From Octopus sinensis (lineage: Eukaryota), in assembly GCF_006345805.1 (NCBI RefSeq), contig NC_043020.1:7378001-7442000 (forward strand): a DNA stretch of 64,000 bases, in the 5' to 3' direction. Position 1 is the first letter of the stretch. The number at the start of each line of letters is the position of its first letter. The notes beneath the pieces were generated by a model. It saw only the letters and a program-made list of their open reading frames with translations, made no database searches and was not told where the DNA came from. Positions 13,101 to 24,233 of this stretch are shown in pieces. The position numbers were made by a program, and so were the translations under genes.

Positions 13101-15126
13101 GATATTGTCAAAGAGAAAGGCAAAGGCCAATCTAGCTTGGCACCAGTGACATTGTAACTTATTTCTACAGCTGAGTAAATTGGAGCAACGTGAAATGTCT
13201 TACTGAAGAATCCAACACAGCCCAGTCTGGGAATCGAGCTCGCTACCTCATGGTTGTGAGCCTGATACTCTAACCATTGAGCTATGTGCCTTCACTATAC
13301 TGCTGCTACTACGACTACTATACTAAGCTGGCAGAATTGTTAACTCACCTGACAAAATGCTTGGCGGCAATTTATCCATCTTCACACTCAAATTCTGCTG
13401 AGGTCAATTGGTCTTCCGTCTTTTAGGGGGCGATACAATAGGTACCAATTGAGCACTGGGGTTGATGTAATTAACTGGTCCCTTCCTCCAAAATTTCAGG
13501 TCTTGTACTTATACAGTGATCCCTCGTTTATCGCAGTAGATTGGTTCCGAGACTGGCCGCGATAACTGAATTTCCGCAAAGTAGGGACACCATATTTACA
13601 GTATTTATTTAACGTGTATTTGGACTTTTAAAGCCCTCCCTGTACTGTTAACAACCCACCCATTACAGTAGTCTATTAATAACAAGGACAACTGTTAAGC
13701 AATAACACTTTAGATTTAAAAAGATAAAGATTGTTACTGTTACACAGGCCAGATTACAAAATAGAAAGCTGTGATTCATCGTCTCTCTCCATTGCACCAA
13801 TCACAGCCCGCCTTAAGTTCAAATACCCCTATATATGCTTTTTTGCTATTTTATGCTTGTTTTGTTGTTCCTAGACTAGGAAATAACATTTATTATTAAT
13901 ATTTTAATGGATTTAATGAAAAATTTTAGGCGTTCATATATATATATATTTTAAAAATCAGCGAAGTTGTGAATCTGTGGTAGTTGGACCGCGAAGTAGC
14001 GAGGGATCACTATAGTAGAAAGATTATTATTATTATTGGTGAGCTGGTAGAATCCTGATTGTGCTGGGCAAAATGCTTGGCGGCATTTTGTCCCTCTTAA
14101 ATTTCTAAGTTCAAATTCTGCCAAGGTTGACTTAGCCTTTTTATCTTTTTGGGGTTGATAATATAGGTACCAGTTGATTACTGGTGTCTGTTATCGACTC
14201 ACCCTCTTCCCTAAACTTCAGGCCTTGTACCAAAATAAGAAAACAACGGCATTATTATTATTAAAGTGGTGAGCTGTTCTTGACTTACTACCCTCCCCCA
14301 AGATTTCAGTGTGGTACCTTTAGTAGAAAAGATCATCATCATTATTATTATTATTTTTCCCTTCTTTCTTCAAATTTTCTTCCGTTTCTCGCCGAGTGTT
14401 TTCCGTACACCTAGGGCAGAGAAGCTCATTGTATGCATTCGCAGATTACATATGCAAATTCACAGGTAAAATATGTATTTTTAAAAAAATTAATAAATAA
14501 ATAAATTCATGAATGGATGTTGTTTTCACAGCGATAATGCTCTTCTCAGTACATGAGCCGTTCCAGTTAACACGTTTTTTGCATTTTCATCATTATCATC
14601 ATCATCGTTTAACATCCGCTTTCCATGCTGGCATGGATTGGACGGTTCAATTGGGGTCTTGGAAGCCCGAAGGCTGCACCAGGCCAGTCAGATCTGGCAG
14701 TGTTTCTACAGCTGGATGCCCTTCCTAACGCCAACCACTCCGTGAGTGTAGTGGGTGCTTTTTACGTGCCACCCGCACAGGTGCCAGACGAGGCTGGCGA
14801 ATGGCCACGCTCGGATGGTGCTTTTTACGTGCCACTGGCACGGAGGCCAGGCGAGGCTGGCAACGGCCACGGTCGGATGGTGTTTGTTACGTGCCACCGG
14901 CACGGAGGCCAGTCGATGTGGCGCTGGCTACGGCCATGTTTGGACGGTTTATTATTGAATCATTATCTCGCTGAGCGAAATGCTAAACATCATTTCATCT
15001 GTTTCTATGTTCTGAGTTCAAATTCTGTCAAGGTCAACCTTGCCTTTCATCTTTTTGGGGGTCGATAAACACTGGATTTGATGTAATCAACTAGTTCCCC
15101 CCTGCCCCAAATTTCAGGCTTGTGCC

Positions 15127-15165
<39 letters not shown>

Positions 15166-18100
15166 TTTTCTTTTCTTTAGGCTTCATCACAACAAGGTAC
15201 CACGCATCAAGATGGCTGGGGCCAAATCAACAGGCCACTTTACCCTGTCCTTGTGTTTATCCATGGTGGGGGATATGTCATGGGAACATCTCAGCAATTC
15301 CCTGGTTTGTTCTTGGCTGAACGCAATGTTGTTGTCGTCACAATGAACTATCGACTGAATGCCCTCGGTAAGTACTTCACAGGGGTCATATAATGGGGTG
15401 CAGTGTGGTTGGTGATGCGATTGTTGTTGTTTAACCCCAGGTTAAACTTTGAGTGGACTTATGGTCAAAGGTATTCCAGATGTGACAGTCCAGTTAATTA
15501 TTTTTCTGTTTGGAGGGAACTCAAGACTGCACTGTTCAATGTGCATCCTTCAGTGTGTGGTTTGAGGGAGGTTTAGTTGCCATTTCTAGCAGGTTGACTG
15601 ACCTCATAGAGGCCCTTTTGATGATTTAGTGGAGGAGTGATGTGGCATAATGGTGTAGGGCAGTGGTTCTCAACCGAATTCCATATGGCCCCTGAGGGTC
15701 TATATAAGAGTTTTGGGGATCCACATAACAATAGTAAACTGGGGTTCCACAATAGTATTCTAAGGGCTCCTGAAAAACTTTTGCTTTAGATATATGTATT
15801 GGTGTATGTTGCAAAGAAACAGCTGGGTTTCTTTCTCTAACATTTTACACAGTTCAACCTACACAAGGGAATGTGTGAAAAACAGAATAGGGATTTTGAA
15901 AGTGGTTTCTATAAAACTAGTTTTTAAACATCGAATGGCTATGGGGTCCACCAGAAAAAAATATCCAAAGGGGTCCATAGACATATAATAGTTGAGAATC
16001 CCTGCTTTAGATGTATGTAATGGTATGTATTGCAAAGAAGCAGCTGGGTTTCTTTCTCTAACATTTTACAGTTCAACCAACAGAAGTTAATGTGTGGAAA
16101 ACAGAAGAGGAAATTTGAAAGAAGTTTGAATAAAACTAATTTTTAAATGGCTATGGGGTCCACCAGAATAAAATAATAATCAGAGGGGTTCTTAGGTAAA
16201 AAAAAAAAAAAAGTGGTTGAGATGCCTTGGTGTAGGGGTATCGAATGATATAGTAGAGTGTGAAACGAACTTCGTGAGTGTGAATATCTTCTCTGGACCT
16301 TTTGGGGGTGCGAGAGGCAATCACTAGCCGTTGCTTTAATAATCCAGAATTCTACCTGTCAGAAACAACAAGACGCAGACGTAAAATATATATAAACTAC
16401 TTTATTCTCTAATGTGGTAACAGTAACAATAAGTGGTTATCTGGTATCCCTTTGGTATAAATGTGTCAGTGCTGAACCTTATCGCTGTAAAATAAGAAAG
16501 TGTTCAAATGCAAAACGACACTGGTCAAAGATGGCGTCCGGAACAGGGAGATGTGGTCTGCAACAATTTGGTTAAAGGCCTTTTGGTAAGGTGCTGCTAG
16601 AATCAAGTTCGGACGGAGAGAAAATATACGTGACCGTCGCCTTCAGTTGCTGCTGTCTCAAGTCGCTGCTTGCTGGACGCTGGTGGTCAACGTCTTACAA
16701 TCCCCTTGCCTCGGCTAACTGCTACGTAGGCAAAAGGGTTCTTCTTCCGGTGGTGAAAGCACCAACCCCGCACGCGCGAAATACAAATGGACGGTGCGCG
16801 AGCGCGCGCCGTTGTATAGGATCACTACAAGTGTTTTGGTGTAGTCAGTGCATTGTATATGGCTTTGTACAGTGTAGTATGGTCTGGAGCCAGAGATTTT
16901 GTGGAGAAATATGTTTACGATCAAATGAAACAACTCCCAATCTCTGGGAAGAATAGGACCAAAGCCCTAAGGGCAATATCAGAGACAGAGAAGAGATGTT
17001 CCATCTGGATCTGGTCGAAGAGGAATAAAATCGACCACCATTACTGATTTTTGTATTTTAATGCTAAGGGAAGTAACTCTGAATGAATCGTCGTGATAGC
17101 GTTGACGTTGCACCGCTACCATGGCAACCAGTTTTATTTCTTAAAGTATAAGTTTGAATGCTGAGTCAACGGAGGGGAGTCCCAGCTTGATGAACTCTCC
17201 AAGCGGTTTGAATGCACGAGTCTCCGATATCCAAATGGCTAAAAGGTATCAGCAGAAGGGTACCCAGGAGTCATGACCTGGGTGTAGCCTGGACTGCCTG
17301 AGTGGGGTTTCTTCAGAAAACTTCTGCTGTTCTGCCCCCTCAAGAGATTCTTACCTCTATAAATATCTCTCCTATAAGTTCGTTGACGGGAAACCTTTTG
17401 AATATGCATATCAACGCTCCCATTTTATTAACCCATTAGCGCCCATGGTCCTTTTCTTCGGACCAGAAGGATGATCCATCATATTTCTGCAACACCTGTA
17501 TTTTTCTGAGGTACCTGTTGTTAGTCATCAATTTTTTTTATATAGGCGCAGGAGTGGCTGTGTGGTAAGTAGCTTGCTTACCAACCACTTGGTTCCGGGT
17601 TCATTCCCACATATATATATATGACTGGCTTCTTTCAGTTTCTGTCAACCAAATTCACTCAAGGCTTTGGTCAGCCCGAGACAATAGTAGATGATACTCA
17701 CCCAAGGTGCCACGCAGTGGGACTGAACCTGGAACCATGTGGCTGGGAAGCAAGCTTCTTACCACACAGCCATGCCTGCACCTTTATATGTATAATATAT
17801 ATATATATATATATATTTATTTATTTATTTATTTATTTTGTTAAGGGCCAATACACTGGCCTGAGTGGTATTTCTTCTCTGAAGACCTGCTGTTCAGCTC
17901 TCGAGAGTTTTTTTACCACCAGAGTGCTATGTGGCATAGTCTGCAATGACAAGAATTGTAAGCACCCTGGACAAAATGCTTAGCTCCATTTTGTATGTCT
18001 TTATGTCCTGAGGTCAAGTTCCACCGAGGTCAACCTTCCCTTTCATCCTTTTGGGGTCAATGTAATCAACAAGTTCCCTGCAAATTTCAGGCCTTGTGCC

Positions 18101-21100
18101 TTTCGTAGAACGAATTATTATTATACTGTTCTTCCCCACCCAATTTCTGCAGTTGTCACCTATTCTTCCTTACTCTCCCATACTGTTCATCTCCCAATAT
18201 TATTCACCCTCTCAACCATTCCTTGTCTTTAACTATCTCTCATTCTCTCATACACCCTTGCAACCTATCTTCTCCCGCACTTCCTCTTCTTCTGTCTCCT
18301 CTAACTTCTACTCACCTTGTATCTTCAGGGTCTGCCCTGACCCCTCATTATCACTATTTTTATCCTGCCCATTCCCAACCTTTATTCCATAATGTGAAGT
18401 GACGTGTAGCCCCTCTACTGCAAGAAATCTTTTCTGGTTCCTTCTCTCACTGTAACCCTTCATCCCATAACAAAGCCGTCTCCCTCCCCACTGTACTCCC
18501 ACTCAGTTTAAGAGGATCTTAGTCTTAGACGTTACCCAGTAACCTCACTAGTGCTGGTGCTGCAGGAAATGCACCCGCTGTAGAGTGATTGGGATTAGGA
18601 AGAATATCTAGCTGTAGAAACCATGCCAAAATAGGCATTGGAGTGTGATGCTGTACTCGGACCTGTTGGATTCTGTCAAACAATAACTCTGAGCACCTTT
18701 TCAAACTCCACCCATCTAACACCCGTGGACATATTTACAAAGTAAGAAAACAGCACAGCTCCCATGACTTCAGGAAACATTTTTTCACGCTGAGAGTTGC
18801 TGAAGCATGGAACAAACTGCCACCGTCAGTTGCTAGTTGTCGGAGCACTGCATCCTTCAAAACTTCCATGCTTTCTGAGATTCGCCAACACTACACCTGA
18901 TTTTCTCCCCTCCATACACACGCTTAGGCATGGAACAAACTGCCACCATCAGTTGCTAGTTGTCGGAGCACTGCATCCTTCAAAACTTCCATGCTTCCTG
19001 AGATTCGCCAACACTACACCTGATCTTTCTCCCCTCCATACACACGCAAGCATGTATCTGACTCATACACTGTTCGCTTTCCAGACATTTGTACATTACT
19101 GCATATACTTTATATGCACTTTTGACAAGTTGTGGTGCACCTGAGCACTGTACAATAATTTCATTATATATTATATTATATTATATTATATCATCCGAGC
19201 CAAATTGAGGAGTAGGCTCAACAAACCAGTATGATCTTAGGCTCAAATGCATGGCCCCTACATCAGACTGTGATTAATGAAGAGAACATGCTGCGGTCTT
19301 CATCCTGCGGAGCACTGAGCATAGGCAATCCAATCGAGGGCTTTTTAATCCAGTTGTCACATGCAATTATTTATAGCTCTCTCTGCTGAGGAATTCACGT
19401 TTCCAAAGAAAGAATTATTTCACGTTCTTGAATTTGCCAAACTCTAACAATGTCAATAAGTCATGTTATTGTTTTTTTTTATATTGTTATTATTATTATT
19501 GTTATTTTTGTATTTCAGGTTTCTTGAGTACCGAAGACCAATTGGCAGCTGGGAACTATGGACTGTGGGACCAGGTGCGTGCACTGCTTTTCATCAAGAA
19601 TAACATTAGGAACTTCCAAGGCGACTCGAACAAGATCACCATTGCTGGTCATGATGCAGGAGCAGCAAGTGTCGGAATACATTTGCTCTCACCTCAGTCA
19701 CAAAGTAAAACATTATTATTATTATTATTATTATTATCATTATTATTATTATTATTGTTATTATTATTATTAAGGCGCAGGAGTAGCTGTGTGGTAAGTA
19801 GCTTGCTAACCAACCACATGGTTCTGGGTTCAGTTACACTGCGTGGCATCTTGGGCAAGTGCCTGTCGTATATATGTATATATCGACCCCGAAAAGATGA
19901 AAGGCAAAGTTGACCTCGGCGGAATTTGAACTCACAACGTAATGCAGACGCAATACCGCTGAGCATTTCGCCCGGCGTGCTAACGTTTCTGCCAGCTCAC
20001 CGCCTTATCAGAAAATTAAATACCAGCAGAGTACTGGAGTCGAGTTGCTCGACTAAAGGCAGTGCTCCAGCATGGCCGCAGTCAACTGACTGAAACAAGT
20101 AAAAGAGTATAAGATTTGAGGAGAGCAAAGATCTTTATATTTTTCGATGTCTGTTAATTGTTCCGTTTTTCTATATTTACCATTCCAGAACTGTTTGATT
20201 ATGCTATTATGATGAGTGGCTCTGATCGTAATGTGTGGGCCGTGAAGAGTGAAGGCAGCGCATCCCACTATGCCTACAACCTGGGATTGAACCTAGGATG
20301 CCCAACCAATGACAATTACCGTCTAATCAAGTGTCTCCGCCAGCGCTCAGCTATGGAAATCGTTAATGCTTCTTCCTGGATTCGTATGAAGGTAAGCTTT
20401 TCTTGGATGGGGTCATTTACTGGCTTTGAAACCATTTTTTTTTTTACTCCCTCACCCCTCATCATAAACGCTGACAGCATCCCTGTTGTTGATAATTATC
20501 TTCAAGGATTGCCATCTTCATTATCATACGATAACATTTATCCCCACTTAAAAGTGGGCATGGTGTTGGGTCACAGGATACTGTGTTATTTACAAAAGAT
20601 CCTCTCATGTGGACTTGTGGTGCATATAAGCACACGTGTATATATCGCTAGCAGGAGATAATCGTCCACTATTGCCACTGGGACTGCCAGATCATTTGAT
20701 TTCGGCCTTCCTAGGCCTTGTCAATGGCAGATACCCAAGGCTAGAGAAAGCAGTGATTCCTCTGTCAGCAATATACATAGAATCTCAATATCTCTGCAGG
20801 CAAATAGCCAGTGGGGGTTATTAAAAAACAATTGATCGCAACAGAAGCAGTGTTGATACCAGAAGATAATATTTATCCTCCACTTAAAAAAAGTTGTATG
20901 TAGTGTTGGAACACAGAAACCTGCATTACATGCCACGAGAAAACCTCTCATTTTGGACTTGTGGTGCATATAAGCACTTGTGTATATATCGGTGCTCCAG
21001 CATGGCCGCAGTCAAACGACTGAAACAAATAAAAGAATATCGCTTCATACACACACACACACACACACAAAGCCAGGTCAGTGTCGTCTCCCTTGCTGCC

Positions 21101-24100
21101 CATACCCCAAGCCCTTTTCTTCCGCTTCCTTTCACTTCTGCATGCACTGATTCAATGACTGTCTTATAGAGATATGATTACTCTTTTACTCTTTTACTTG
21201 TTTCAGTCATTTGACTGCGGCCATGCTGGAGCACCGCCTTTAGTCGAGCAAATCGACCCCGGGACTTATTCTTTTGTAAGTCCAGTACTTATTCTATCGG
21301 TCTTTTTTGCCGAACCGCTAAGTGATGGGGAAGTAAACACACCAGCATCGGTTGTCAAGCAATGTTGGGGGGGACAAACACAGACACACAAACACACACA
21401 CACGCACTCACATACATATACATATATACGACAGGCTTCTGTCAGTTTCCGTCTACCAAATCCACTCACAAGGCTTTGGTCAGCCTGAGGCTATAGTAGA
21501 AGACACTTGCCCGAGGTGCCACGCAGTGGGACTGAACCCGGAACCATGTGGTTGGTAAACAAGCTACTTACCACACAGCCACTCCTGCGCCTGTTCATTT
21601 CCCCTTATTTTTCCTGTTTCTCCATTTATCCTTTCTGAAGGAGAGCGTTTGCTTGAAACGTTAAGTACTTCAGTTTTTCCTGAGCATCAACCTAATACCT
21701 TGTCTTCATTGTTTTTGTTTTTCTTGTCACCATCTTCTCCACCATCAGCATTGACATGTCTATTATGTAATTTCTCTTCAGCCCGGAGAAGTTGGCAATC
21801 CATGGGGTCCCGTGGTTGATGGTGCCCTGCAGGGCAACATCCGCTCAATCCTTCCCAGACCTCCCAAGGAAATGAGGGAACAGAGAAGGTTTCAAAGGAT
21901 CAAAGTTTTGGCAGGAATCGTTGAAGACGAAGGAGCATATTTCATACGTAAGGAGATTCCTAGCTTTTCTTTGATTTTTGCTGCTCTCATTCACTTTCTC
22001 TCTCTCTCACCATTTCTTCTCCTTTATTTATTTCTCTCTCTCACTACAAAATAATCCTTTCTGCTATAGGCACAAGGCCTGGATTTTTTGTGGGGAAGGG
22101 GAAATTTATTACATTGACCACAGTACTTGCGAAAATTGAATTTTTACTCGCCAAATACTAACAAAAACAACAAAAATTATTCCTCAAAATAAAGACCATT
22201 ATTTTCCAAGACTTTCTACGAACTTTTGGGACAACCTTATATTTTATCAACCCTGAAAGGATGAAAGGCAAAGTCGACCTTGGTGGAATTTGAACTCAAG
22301 ACATAACAGTTGATAAAATACTGCTAAGCATTTTACCCAGCATGCTAATGATTCTGCCAGCTCACCACATTATTATTAATAATAATAATAATAATAATAA
22401 TGGTTTCAAATTTTGCCACAAGGGCAACCATTTTGGAGGAGAGAATGAGTTGATTTCATCAACCCCAGTGTTTTTACTGGTACTTGATTTATCAACCCCG
22501 AAAGGATGAAAGGCAAAGTCGACATCTGCAGAATTTGAACTCAGAACGTAGTGTTGGGTGAAATACTGTCAAGCATTTCATAATGCACGCTAACGATTCT
22601 GCCAGCTTACCTCAATAAGTGTTTCATCCAACATTTTAACGATTCTGCTAGCTTGTCACCTTAATAATAATAATAATAATAATAATAATAGTCCTTTCTA
22701 CTATAGGCACAAGGCCTGAAATTTGGAGGGAGGGGACTAGTCGATTGCATTGAACCCAGTACTCTACTAGTACTTAATTTATCAACCCTGAAAGGATGAA
22801 AGGCAAAGTCGACCTTGATGGAGTTTGAACTCAGAATGTAGTGATAGGTGAGGTACTACTAAGAAGTTTACCTGGCGTGTTACTGATTCTGTCAGCTCAG
22901 CGCCTTCAATAATCCTTTCTTCCTTCCTTCCTTCTATTGTTGTTTTCTTCCCTTGTTACTTCATTCCTTCCTTCCTTTATTCATTTCTTCTCTTCTTTCT
23001 CAGCCAATTATTTTGGACTTGAAGACGGAATACAACCGGCCGAGTTTCAAAACCTTATTTACGAATTTGTGGTGGAGAGGAACGCAACCAATCAAGAGAG
23101 GGCCTTGGAGAGCCTGGAATTTGAATACACTTACTATGAAGATCCCAAAAATATAACTGGTATTCGGAACCGTTCTATTGCAGTAGGTTCCATATATTCA
23201 TATATTTTTTCCTACAGAAATAATAGTGGTTGTGGGTTTGGTGGTGGTGGTTGTGGTTATGAGGGTTTGGTGGTTGTGGTTGCAGTAGCTGTGATTTTGT
23301 TATAAAATTAATTGAAAGAAAGACAATGTCTTTAAAAAAAATGGTAACGTAAGGGATAAAGCCCATTTCCTTTTTTTTTTTTACAGTGTCTATTTACTTT
23401 TTTAATGGATTATTCAGAGGAAGAAGGGCAGGAGGAGGAAGGAAGATTCTCTCAGACACAGACCTGGCCACAAGCTTGCAACAGAGTGGAACTTTTTAAG
23501 GGCACTCAAATATTGTTAAACTGAACAAACTGATAAAATTTAACCCCTAAAAATACTAGAACATCACTTCTGAAGCTTCCATGCAGTTTTGTTCCTAGTT
23601 GGGTTGATTAAAGTTTTGGTCAAACCAAGGCCATGGTCCAGCACCAAAGTGTCTGTGGAGAGATCAAATCCTAAACCATATGGTTAGGAACTGAATGTTT
23701 CAATCAAACAACGATGTTTGTACTTCTGCATTATCTTCATATATCTAGACATTTAACCATTTTTCATCTCCTTTGTTTTCATGCTGGAGCACTGCCCTTT
23801 TAGCCAAAGAAATCGACTCTGGAACTTATTCTTTGTAAGCCTAGTACTTATTCTATCAGTCCCTTTTACCGAACTGCTAAGTTACAGGAATGTAAACACA
23901 CCAACATTGGTTGTCAAGTGACAGTGGAGGGGCAAACACTGACACACACACAAATACATACATTCATATATATATTTAAACACATAAGAGATGGCCATAA
24001 TAGGACATCCGACTCACTAGAAGAGCAGATTTAAACTCCAAACCACTAACAGTTGTAATTCTGAAATGGAAAGAGAAATAAAAACGTTTACCCTTTCCTT

Positions 24101-24201
24101 TCTGGACTATGCATAGTTTTGGCAATCTTTTGTATAAAATAAAATTATTTTAATTTATGATGGCATTGCCATCTTCAGCAGAAAACCAGGCTAGCATATA
24201 T

Positions 24202-24233
<32 letters not shown>

